From IMG/VR virus record IMGVR_UViG_3300043570_002257, positions 56,227-120,226 of that record: a DNA stretch of 64,000 nucleotides; one strand, given 5' to 3'. The number at the start of each line of letters is the position of its first letter. Position 1 is the first letter of the stretch. Shown piece after piece: positions 47,711 to 57,174 of this stretch. Under the pieces are notes generated by a model. It was not told the origin of the DNA. It worked only from the letters and a program-made list of their open reading frames with translations, and ran no database searches. Made by a program: the position numbers and the translations under genes. This DNA comes from a virus.

Positions 47711-50314
47711 TTATTTGTTTTCGTGACTTACTCTAGATATGATATAGCGATCAAATATTGATTCTATATAAGTATTAGCTTTTATCAAGCTTTCTACATC
47801 ATTTAAAGTATAAGGAACCATTTCACTTTTTGTTTCTGTCTTTTGAGTGTGAGGATTATAAATTTGCACATTAAAAAGAAGATTAGGATTACCTTTTGCA
47901 TCTTGTGTACCAACAATATTATAGTCAAAACCAAATTGATTATGATACTCATTTCCAGATACTCTAGCATTTGGATTTGTCATAAAATCATCAAGAACTC
48001 CTAGTGACTGAGATGTCACTGTATTTCTTTGAGTATATGCGTTAAATCTTTTTAAAGCTGGATTACTTTGAATTGATTCATATGGTAAAGTAAATGTTAA
48101 TGTACCTGCACCTTTTATACCTAATTTTTTACTTATCTCAGTTTTCTGAGAAAGGTTAAGTTGTACTTGTGCATTTTTTCCATCATAGAATACATTGGCT
48201 TGATCACCAAATAACTCAGATAGATCTGATGCATTAAGATTCTTTAACAACCCCATATCTATTGCTGTACCATCAGATGCTTTAATTGCTGAAACTGAAT
48301 ATGGATCTTTTACTAATACCTCAACCTCAGCAGCACCTAACTTACTAAAGTTATAACGTTGACCTACAGGTGTTAATCTAGATGAATATTCTGAAGTTAC
48401 TAATCCTTGCAATCTTGTTTTAGCTGCTTCAGTTACACCAGAAAAATCTATATCATATCCTCCTGTTGCAAGCATACCTCTGATTTTTGCACCTCTGTAC
48501 ATTTCTTTTACATTACCATTTTCATCAACTACTTCTTGAGAAAGTCTCAACATGTTTTGATTTAAATTTTTACGTTCAGATTCTAATACTTTAAAATTAT
48601 CACTTGCAGAAACAAAAGATTTAACAAATTTTTGAGCATCAGAAGTTTTATGCATTTTAGAATACTGACCAAGTTTTGCAGTAGCAGCATTATATGTTGC
48701 ACCAGCTAACATGTCTAACGTTAAAGATGCTTGGTTTTTATCATAGTTCTGTAAATCAACTCCTACTTGTTTTCCATAAGATTTAACTACATTCCATTCT
48801 TGAGCAGATAAGTTACCTTTAGCTTTCATTTTAGAAACAGCAGCTTTAAACTCACTATACTTATTAGCATCTTCGTTTAATACAAGAAGTGCTAAACCAT
48901 TCTCACCATTAAATGTGTTCAAATAAAGTTTTTCTTTATTCTTACTCATTGCTTCAGAAATCAAATCAGCACCATATTGTTTTTCTCCAATACCTGGACC
49001 TAAAGCTTCTTCTGATGGAATATATCCTTTTCCTTTTAATGCAAGAATTTTTAAATCATTACTCATTGCAGTCTTTTCTTTATCCCAAATAAGTTTTTCT
49101 CTGTCCATAGAAAGTCTTGCTCCTGCAATTTTCTCTTGTGAAGCAACTCTAAACTTTGTAGCCCATGTTGTATCTGGTTTATATTCAAGTGATTGTTTTG
49201 CTGTTGCAAATGTGCTACCAAATACTTTTGCAGTATTGTCTCTTGCTTCAGATGAAAATAATGAATATAAATTTGATGCAACATACTGTGGTCCTTCTTG
49301 TTGCATTTTTGCAACCTCAGACTTAGCACCATCAAGATTTTCTTTATATGTGTCACGTTTTTTAAGCAACTCCATATAATTATCTTTAACATTTGCTAAT
49401 GTTGGTGGAAAACCATTTGGATATTTTTTTTCATAAAGATCAATTTCATCATCAAGTTTTTTAAGTTCTTTGTCAGCTGTAATACCTTCAGTTGATACTT
49501 TAGCATTTATAACTGGAAACATCTTTTGAGAAATCTTTTGAACTGCTTCATCTCTTGATATGCCAGTTGTTGACATTTCATTTCTAATTGCAGATTCAGC
49601 AGACACTCTACCCATAACTTGAAACTGTCTATCAAACTTATTGCCCATTGTAGCTTTTGCCCAATCTTCATAAATAATAGATGTAGTAGGACCATTTATT
49701 TTTTTCATAATATAACCACGTCCATCAGGACCTGATTGTGTAATTTCTAGACCTGCTGCTTTTGCTTCTTTTCTTAAGTATTCCATTGTGTCTTCAAATG
49801 GAACAAACTCACGTGGTTGTATTTTTTGTACAGAACCATCTCCTCTTTTAGCATTTCGCAAATCATCTTCTGCAAATGCTATATCCATTTTACTATATTC
49901 ATTGTACATACCACGCATTTTAGGATCAGTACTATTTCTATACTGTTCCATTTTTTGCTTTTGTGATTGATGAAACTTTGTTACTGCCATGTCATACGCC
50001 ATATCTTGATCCTGAGAAATAGGATCAATTAAACTTTGCGCACGCATTATATTAGTAGGATTAGAAAGATCAACATTAGAAACACTTTTTAATGCTCCTT
50101 GTAGCTTTTTAAAAGCCTCTTGTCTAAAAGTTTCATTGCCAGAATTTGTCAATGCACTATTTAAAACAGAGTTGTAAAGGTTTTTGACCATGCTAAAACC
50201 ACGATCATATTCAGCCTGTCTTGTACCATATACCTGAGTCAGAAACTGGTAGTCAGGTTTGTATAGTTGCATTGGACCAAGTTGATCAGTAAGTCCTTTT
50301 ATAAATGTTGCCAT
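47711..50314 (-). CDS. Virion cargo protein (867 aa)
   Basis: Helical protein with N-terminal 'YKPDYQFL...RQAEYD'; lies in the cargo block. Confidence 0.6.
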   Translation of the reverse strand: MATFIKGLTDQLGPMQLYKPDYQFLTQVYGTRQAEYDRGFSMVKNLYNSVLNSALTNSGNETFRQEAFKKLQGALKSVSNVDLSNPTNIMRAQSLIDPISQDQDMAYDMAVTKFHQSQKQKMEQYRNSTDPKMRGMYNEYSKMDIAFAEDDLRNAKRGDGSVQKIQPREFVPFEDTMEYLRKEAKAAGLEITQSGPDGRGYIMKKINGPTTSIIYEDWAKATMGNKFDRQFQVMGRVSAESAIRNEMSTTGISRDEAVQKISQKMFPVINAKVSTEGITADKELKKLDDEIDLYEKKYPNGFPPTLANVKDNYMELLKKRDTYKENLDGAKSEVAKMQQEGPQYVASNLYSLFSSEARDNTAKVFGSTFATAKQSLEYKPDTTWATKFRVASQEKIAGARLSMDREKLIWDKEKTAMSNDLKILALKGKGYIPSEEALGPGIGEKQYGADLISEAMSKNKEKLYLNTFNGENGLALLVLNEDANKYSEFKAAVSKMKAKGNLSAQEWNVVKSYGKQVGVDLQNYDKNQASLTLDMLAGATYNAATAKLGQYSKMHKTSDAQKFVKSFVSASDNFKVLESERKNLNQNMLRLSQEVVDENGNVKEMYRGAKIRGMLATGGYDIDFSGVTEAAKTRLQGLVTSEYSSRLTPVGQRYNFSKLGAAEVEVLVKDPYSVSAIKASDGTAIDMGLLKNLNASDLSELFGDQANVFYDGKNAQVQLNLSQKTEISKKLGIKGAGTLTFTLPYESIQSNPALKRFNAYTQRNTVTSQSLGVLDDFMTNPNARVSGNEYHNQFGFDYNIVGTQDAKGNPNLLFNVQIYNPHTQKTETKSEMVPYTLNDVESLIKANTYIESIFDRYIISRVSHENK

Positions 50315-50342
50315 GTGTTATTTCTACTTTACTTTTAATTAA

Positions 50343-53300
50343 TTATTGACCATCATCCCAAGGTGTTGGATTGTATGCAGCAGGCATTGTCATACCACTC
50401 ATATATGCTTGCTGAAAATTATTCCTCATTGAATTTGATTGCCTAGAAGGTTGTAATACCATGTTAGATTGTTTATCAGCATGTAATCTTGCACTCTTAT
50501 CACCCATTATTGGAAGAGCTTGATCATATGCTTGTTTCCAAGCACTTAACGCTGCTTGTGAATTTCCAGCCATATTGTATCCTGCGTTAGTACCACTTCT
50601 TGCACTACTTCCATATGGATTTTGATAAACATCAGGAGCCATTGCAGTTCCTTCATCTCCAAATATTTGTCTTCCTTCACCAGAAAATTCTACATCACCC
50701 ATAATAGGATCAATATATACTTGTGGAAATAAAACATTTTCCATTTGTTTTTTTCTAAACCAGTTAGATGTACCATTGTTAAATGCTGCAATCTCTCTCC
50801 ATTTCTTTTGTTGTAAAGAGTTATCATATTGTTGATTCAATGTTGCCATATCCTCAACATACTTTTGACGTGCATTTTCATTACCAAGTATTTCTTGATT
50901 CTGAACTTGAGCATTTGTATTGTATGCTTGATTAACAATTCCAATGTTTGCAGATTCTGTTGTATCTAATACGTTTGCAGCATTAGCAAAACCTTCACCA
51001 GATGCACCTAAAGTTGTAGCTAATCCTACATTACCATCAGCAGTATTTTGTACTTGACTTTGGTATCTTGCCATTTGCTCTTGATTAGCAGCAAGCTTTC
51101 TTGTAGGATCTAATAAATCATAACCTGGTGTAACTAAGTCAATTTTACCTTGTGTAGGTTCATAACGATTAACTTGATCTGTTGCAGTTCCAACATAGTT
51201 TACAATATCTTGTAACCACCATGGTCCATCTTTCTTAGGTTGTTTTTCAGAAGGTGTTTCTGGAACATTTGTAGTTGGTGTTTCTGGTGTATCTTTTACT
51301 GGCTCAGTAGGTTTTTCTGTATTATCAAAAAATCTAGGTACAGAGTATGTAACTTGACCAAATTTAGAATCTCTAAAGTAAGGGTTAGTTTCTTTGTTAG
51401 AACCAAGTGGTGCAAAGTATGGTACTCCAAATTGTTTCATTGATTTCTCATTGATTGTATCTTGGAACCAACCAGCTGCTTTATCACCTGTTTCTCTACC
51501 TGATTTTAAATCTTTTTTAAGTTGTTCAAATCCACCTGTATATTCTTTATTAATCCAGTCACCATGTCTATCTTGAAAGTCAGCCCATTCTTCTGGAGAC
51601 AAATCACCACTAGTTCTAGCAGCAGCATTTCCTGAAGAAAGATAAATACCAGTACCTTTTACATTTGGTTGATTAGCAAATGTACCAAAGTTTGTATTTG
51701 TGTATTTAACATTCTGAGCTTTAGATATAATCTGATTAATGTTTTGAGAACCATATTGTTCATTCTGAACATCTGTTCTTGTGCCTTGTGCTACAATTGC
51801 ACCATTAGCATCTTTTACATACTTTTGGTTTCCTTTATAGTATGCTTTTAAAACAGTACCATTTTCTAATGTAATGTTTCCAGCAAAAACTTCTTGATTA
51901 GGATCAACACGTTTAGTACTAGCAGCCTGTGCATCTTGTTGTGTTGCAACAGTAGTATTTAATGTACCATTATTAACTTGAGCTCCTACTTGATATGAAT
52001 CATATACTGAACCACCTGAAGCAAAATAATTTAATGCGTCTTGAGCTGTTTTAGGCTTACCAGTAGGCTTTGGTTGTTGAGTTGGCACATTCTGTCTTGG
52101 AGCATTTTGAGTAGCTTGTTGAGTCTCAACAGGAGTTTGTTTAACAATTGTCTGTTGAGGTGCTGCTACTGGCGCTGGATTACCAAATGTACCAACATTT
52201 GTAGAATTTGGAGTTTGTTGTGTTTTTCCTGTATAATCAAATGTATTTGTTGCAACTGCATTGCTTATAACAAGTGGATCTAATACAAAGTTTCCTCCTA
52301 CTGGTTTACCAGTATTATCAATTTTTTGAACTTTAACACTTGGAGCATTATATGCACCACCACCACCTGAAGGAATTCCTGTTGTAGGACTTACACCTGA
52401 AGAAACATTGTAACCTCTAAATGCTGCATTTGCATCTACAACTTTATACTGTTGACCTTTAGCATAAAAAGTATCACCAGGTTTAAATGATTGACCTGCT
52501 ATTTTTGAAATTGTATTTTTAGAATAATAATCTGGAGAATTTTGTGGAGTTGTTCCAACATAATATCTTTTATATTTATCACCAGCTATTCCTGTTTCAG
52601 CATATTTACCTTCTGCTGATTTATTTAAAATTTCACCAAGTTTTTCTGAGTTAACATCATAAGTTCTACCAGAACCATCATCAGCTTTAAATGAAACTTT
52701 ATCACCTGTTCCCCAACCCCAGTTATCTTCATGTTTAACATATCTAAAAGGAACACCATTTAAATAGATAACAGTATTAGGTGTATATTTTATAGGACCA
52801 CCATCTGGATATTTTCTTTTCATAGAACCACCATACATCATTCCTTCTTCTTGTCCTTCCATGACTTCTTCTTGAACACTTTCACCTTGTTCCATTCCTG
52901 GAACTTGTGCACCTTGTAATCCTGACATAACAGATTCTGCAATTGCAGGAATTCCATCAGGAAATCCTTTCATAGATTCTTGTACTAATGCAAGCATACC
53001 CAATTTTTGAGTATTCTTTTTTAGCATCTCAGCAGAAGAACGTTTTTGAATAGCATCAGTGTCTTCACTTTTTAAGTCTTGAACAAACTGATTGATTTGA
53101 TATTTCTTTGCAATTTCTGCAGGAGTATAACCACCTTTCTTTTCTTTTAAACCAAAGATAGATTCAAGGATTTCTTTATCCTTAATCTTTAACTTCTTTG
53201 TATCAGAAAATATAAATGAACCTTCAGGAATATTTACAGGCATACCACCTTTAGAGTGGCGTTTACCTACAAAAGTAAATTGTTCTAAGAAACCGTCTTT

Positions 53301-53492
53301 GTTGATATCACCAACTACTGTTTCACCACCTTCTACTTCAATGTTAGCTTCCTCTTCAGAAGTTGCACTCATAGTATTTTTAACATTACTTGTGCCTTTA
53401 CCGCTATCAGTAAAACTAACATTTCTGCCAACTAGACTATAGTCTTGCTGATCTCCAGGTTTTGGTGCTTTTTTAATTCTAATCTTTTGCAT
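50343..53492 (-). CDS. Modular virion cargo protein (1049 aa) with GG-motif junctions
   Basis: N-terminal ANIEVEGGET/HSKGG/IFSD domain; MMYGG, YPDGG and FASGG junctions; Q/N-rich C-terminus. Confidence 0.7.
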   Translation of the reverse strand: MQKIRIKKAPKPGDQQDYSLVGRNVSFTDSGKGTSNVKNTMSATSEEEANIEVEGGETVVGDINKDGFLEQFTFVGKRHSKGGMPVNIPEGSFIFSDTKKLKIKDKEILESIFGLKEKKGGYTPAEIAKKYQINQFVQDLKSEDTDAIQKRSSAEMLKKNTQKLGMLALVQESMKGFPDGIPAIAESVMSGLQGAQVPGMEQGESVQEEVMEGQEEGMMYGGSMKRKYPDGGPIKYTPNTVIYLNGVPFRYVKHEDNWGWGTGDKVSFKADDGSGRTYDVNSEKLGEILNKSAEGKYAETGIAGDKYKRYYVGTTPQNSPDYYSKNTISKIAGQSFKPGDTFYAKGQQYKVVDANAAFRGYNVSSGVSPTTGIPSGGGGAYNAPSVKVQKIDNTGKPVGGNFVLDPLVISNAVATNTFDYTGKTQQTPNSTNVGTFGNPAPVAAPQQTIVKQTPVETQQATQNAPRQNVPTQQPKPTGKPKTAQDALNYFASGGSVYDSYQVGAQVNNGTLNTTVATQQDAQAASTKRVDPNQEVFAGNITLENGTVLKAYYKGNQKYVKDANGAIVAQGTRTDVQNEQYGSQNINQIISKAQNVKYTNTNFGTFANQPNVKGTGIYLSSGNAAARTSGDLSPEEWADFQDRHGDWINKEYTGGFEQLKKDLKSGRETGDKAAGWFQDTINEKSMKQFGVPYFAPLGSNKETNPYFRDSKFGQVTYSVPRFFDNTEKPTEPVKDTPETPTTNVPETPSEKQPKKDGPWWLQDIVNYVGTATDQVNRYEPTQGKIDLVTPGYDLLDPTRKLAANQEQMARYQSQVQNTADGNVGLATTLGASGEGFANAANVLDTTESANIGIVNQAYNTNAQVQNQEILGNENARQKYVEDMATLNQQYDNSLQQKKWREIAAFNNGTSNWFRKKQMENVLFPQVYIDPIMGDVEFSGEGRQIFGDEGTAMAPDVYQNPYGSSARSGTNAGYNMAGNSQAALSAWKQAYDQALPIMGDKSARLHADKQSNMVLQPSRQSNSMRNNFQQAYMSGMTMPAAYNPTPWDDGQ

Positions 53493-53534
53493 AATAAACT
53501 TATGAAGTTTAAACTTTATTATATTGTAAACCTC

Positions 53535-53558
53535 CTACATTTAGAATTTACAAATTTA
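53535..53558 (-). promoter_or_regulatory. Candidate promoter (TAAATTTG overlapping TTTGTAAATTCTAAATGTAG)
   Basis: Contains both a TAnnTTTG element and a variant of the recurrent late motif. Confidence 0.4.
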
Positions 53559-53598
53559 ATTTGATTTTTCCAATTTTAGAAGGGTTTTTCTATATTTT

Positions 53599-56500
53599 TT
53601 AGTCAAGATATTCTATCTCTCCACCCATTGCAAGAATGCGTTTTATCTCATCTTCATCAGCATAAAACTCACCACCTTCATTGTATTGTCTTGTTGCTGG
53701 AATAAAAGGAATTAATCCTCCATATCTAGCTGATGACATTTTAGTACCAAAGTCTTGTATTGGAGTATTTGCAACAAGTGCAAAGTTTGATGCTGGACCA
53801 GCGTTTAATGTGTAGTTACCAAATGGATTGATTGCGTTCTGAGGATTGTATCTGTTCATTGTATTGCCAGTTTCTCTTAAACGTTGCTCATATTCTTTTT
53901 GATAATCAGCAGCACCAAGTACTTCATTTGCCATACCTAATCCTGCAAGAGCATTGTTTGCAACCATCATACCAACTCTATCACCTTTAACAGTTTGAGT
54001 AGATTGTTTCGCAATAGCAGATACATCACCAGGTTGTGCAGCACCACCAGGAGTTTGAGCTACTTCAGTACCTCCAACACTTGTTGCAACAGCAGGTTGA
54101 AATGATGAAAGGTATTGTTGATAATCATTCATATCTCTACCTTCTTCACCCATAAGACCTCTGTTATTTTCAGCCATCCATTCATCAAATGTTAAAGGTG
54201 TTTGACCTCCAACTTGATATTCTTTCATTGAACCACCATATCTTGCTATGTTATCAATAGACTTTCCAAGAGGAACATTACTATCAAAATAACCAGGACC
54301 TATTGGACCTGAAGGAAGCATTTCATTCTTTCTTCTCATCTCATCTATAGGTGCTTCTTGGTACATGCTAGGTTGTGAATATTTTTTCATGAAGCTATTT
54401 GGTTCTTCTTTTCTTTTATTTGTAACATCTTGCATTGTTCCAGATTCTTTTGTACCAGGATTTACAATATATTCTGTTGTTTTAGGATCAGCAAATAATT
54501 TTTCATAACCTAATATTGCACCAGATAAACCTGCAGTAGCTCCAGCAATACCTTTAATCTTACCAAGTAATCCTTTGTTAGGTAAAGCCCATACCATTGA
54601 TCTAGGATCTCCTAATACGTTTGCCTTGGCAAGTCCTCTGTTCCATGCATTGTTTTCCAATGCACCTATTGTATTTGATTCAGTCTTAGTTGTTCTTTGA
54701 TCTCCAACTCTGTAGTTTTCATAATCATACATTGAATTTCTATTAGTGTTAGATGCATCTGGAAAAATAATATCTCCTGGTAACATACCTTTAGCATTCA
54801 ATGGTTCCCCACCTTCTGCCCATGTGCCAAATCTTTTATGCCAATATAATGGTGAGAATGGATCTTTTGCTTTTGCAGAATCTCTTCCACCCATTCTATC
54901 CCAGAATCTATCTTGGCGTTTCTCAGAACCATGTTGACTAAAGTCTTTCATGCCTTTCCATCCACCATGTACAACTTTGTACTTATCATCTTTCTTTGCA
55001 AGTACCATCCATTTCTTGCCAGGTCTTGTAGATTGTTTTTTAACACCTACTTTTGTGAAACCCATGTTCTTATAACGATCAGGCACTGTGCCACCAGAAG
55101 CCATCTCATACATTTGTCCTCCAAGTTCCTTAGCAAAGTTCTTAGCAAAGTTAGCTTTTTTTACCATAGCTGGAGAATATTCTTCCTTATTTGATAAAAT
55201 ATGTGTTGCAGCTCCTTGTACACTCATTCCCATTCTTGTTGCTTGAGCTTTAAATGTACCTTTTTTCTTAGGATTAATTTTAATACCTCCATATTTCATT
55301 TCAGCATCATCATCTAGAATACTCATCATATCATCAAAGTCATCTTCAACTTCTCCATCAACAGTTTCTAAATCATTATCTTCAATGTCATCTGATTCTA
55401 AATCAGCATCTTCCTCTTCTATATCAGATTCTTCAACATCATTTTTTGCAGACTCAATAAAAGAAGATGCTTCTTCTTGTGAGATACCTCCTGCAATCAT
55501 CATGTCCATGATCTCTTCTTCACTTGTTCCATTTTCAAGCATCATTGAGATTTCACCCAATGCATCATTTATATCAGGACCTGCCTGTTGCTGAGGTTGC
55601 ATATTTTGTTGTTGCATTTCTCCACCTTCTTGTTTAGCTTTAATACGTTTCATATTATCTATTTGTAATTGCTTATTCATTAATGCATTATTAATAAGCT
55701 TAAGGCGTTGTTCATCTGTAAGTCCTGGTATAGAACCTATCTGTGCACCAATCTTATTATTATAAAAATCCATTTCTCTACCTTCAGGATTATTGTGATA
55801 CATTTCATACAAAGCACCTAATGCTCTTGATCCATATTCTCTTATTTTTTGTTCTGAACCAGGTAAAATTTCATTCATAAATGATGGTACAGGAAGATTA
55901 GAGGCAACACTTGCTGCAGAACTTACATGTCTTACAGCGTCTAATGGTCCTTCATTATCTTCACCAAATCCAAATCCTTTTGCTTCAGCCATATCAGCTG
56001 CTTTATTTACAAAAGGTGCATACAATAATTTGTCACCAAACTGTCTAACATTTTTATTAATTCTTCTTGCGTACTCTGTCATTAAATCTGCTTCACCTGT
56101 TGAACCTCCTGTTTGATAATTTTGAGCCATACTTTCATCATAAGGATTACTAATGTTTTCTCTTTTTATATTATCAACCTTTCTACTATATATACCAGAA
56201 ACTCCTTTTTTAATCATTGAGTGTGCTTCAACATTATCTATAATAGACTCTGTGCCATCAGGATTTCTCATAACATACACTTTATTATCAGGAGTGTATT
56301 GATTACTATCAACTGACATAGGTTTTAAAGAAGCATTATCATTTGCATCAATATTTGAAATACCTCTTGATGGAATTGTATCCATGTTTGATCTTTCAAG
56401 ATAATAAGGTTGTTCAGGTTTTTTAAAATTATAAACCCATTCTGATGAACCACCTGCATTAGGAGAATATGTACCTACTTGTCTAGTATAATCTATCATA

Positions 56501-57174
56501 GGTGATGTCCTAGTGCCAAGACGTTCATTTATATAACTAACATAGTCACCTCTTAACTTTCTATACTTATCTTTATTATCCTTACCTTCAACTAACGCAA
56601 TGTTATATTTTACATCTTTTTCATAATTATCATCACCATAAACTTCTTTCTCTTTTTCTAATCCACTTGGCAAACTATTATGAAAATTCATAAGTTTATT
56701 TTTCAAGTTAGTACCTGTATTAAAAGCACTTAAACTATCACTATAATTTTTAAGTCTTGGATCATTACGGTCAGTTACAGGAATAGAAACTCTTCCTCCT
56801 TTTTGTGCTTTAGCATTAATCTTACGTTCTTGCTCTAACATTTCTTTTGTAGGTTTTTTACCAGAACCTTTATTATCTCTAATGTTATCCCACAATCCTC
56901 TCTTAGAATAAGAACCATCTGCACGTTTAATCATCTCACCACCTTTTTCCATTGGTGTTTCAACAACATAGTCACCACCAAATAGATATTCTCCACCTGG
57001 CATCATCATTTGTGAGTTACCTAAATTATCAACTCCTCTCACAGGAAAGTCTACACCTTTCATTGTAATCCTATTTGAAGGAATTACATTAACAGGATTA
57101 TTAACATCAGGGCTATTGTTTTTATAACCCTGTGTGCTAATAAATTTCATCAATATTTTGTTAGCATCTTTCAT
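53599..57174 (-). CDS. Modular polyprotein-like cargo protein (1191 aa) with about 12 x-x-x-G-G junction motifs
   Basis: MEKGG, AQKGG, YQTGG, KQEGG, MKYGG, KELGG, MASGG, WAEGG, ARYGG (twice), YQVGG and YNEGG separate compositionally distinct segments. Confidence 0.75.
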   Translation of the reverse strand: MKDANKILMKFISTQGYKNNSPDVNNPVNVIPSNRITMKGVDFPVRGVDNLGNSQMMMPGGEYLFGGDYVVETPMEKGGEMIKRADGSYSKRGLWDNIRDNKGSGKKPTKEMLEQERKINAKAQKGGRVSIPVTDRNDPRLKNYSDSLSAFNTGTNLKNKLMNFHNSLPSGLEKEKEVYGDDNYEKDVKYNIALVEGKDNKDKYRKLRGDYVSYINERLGTRTSPMIDYTRQVGTYSPNAGGSSEWVYNFKKPEQPYYLERSNMDTIPSRGISNIDANDNASLKPMSVDSNQYTPDNKVYVMRNPDGTESIIDNVEAHSMIKKGVSGIYSRKVDNIKRENISNPYDESMAQNYQTGGSTGEADLMTEYARRINKNVRQFGDKLLYAPFVNKAADMAEAKGFGFGEDNEGPLDAVRHVSSAASVASNLPVPSFMNEILPGSEQKIREYGSRALGALYEMYHNNPEGREMDFYNNKIGAQIGSIPGLTDEQRLKLINNALMNKQLQIDNMKRIKAKQEGGEMQQQNMQPQQQAGPDINDALGEISMMLENGTSEEEIMDMMIAGGISQEEASSFIESAKNDVEESDIEEEDADLESDDIEDNDLETVDGEVEDDFDDMMSILDDDAEMKYGGIKINPKKKGTFKAQATRMGMSVQGAATHILSNKEEYSPAMVKKANFAKNFAKELGGQMYEMASGGTVPDRYKNMGFTKVGVKKQSTRPGKKWMVLAKKDDKYKVVHGGWKGMKDFSQHGSEKRQDRFWDRMGGRDSAKAKDPFSPLYWHKRFGTWAEGGEPLNAKGMLPGDIIFPDASNTNRNSMYDYENYRVGDQRTTKTESNTIGALENNAWNRGLAKANVLGDPRSMVWALPNKGLLGKIKGIAGATAGLSGAILGYEKLFADPKTTEYIVNPGTKESGTMQDVTNKRKEEPNSFMKKYSQPSMYQEAPIDEMRRKNEMLPSGPIGPGYFDSNVPLGKSIDNIARYGGSMKEYQVGGQTPLTFDEWMAENNRGLMGEEGRDMNDYQQYLSSFQPAVATSVGGTEVAQTPGGAAQPGDVSAIAKQSTQTVKGDRVGMMVANNALAGLGMANEVLGAADYQKEYEQRLRETGNTMNRYNPQNAINPFGNYTLNAGPASNFALVANTPIQDFGTKMSSARYGGLIPFIPATRQYNEGGEFYADEDEIKRILAMGGEIEYLD

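Noticed and set aside
54880-57010. Other GG dipeptides in the 1191-aa ORF (MMPGG, YLFGG, PNAGG, MIAGG, VVHGG, DRMGG)
   Set aside because: They fall inside apparent domains rather than at compositional boundaries, so they were not counted as junctions. They do show that GG alone is not a sufficient signal.
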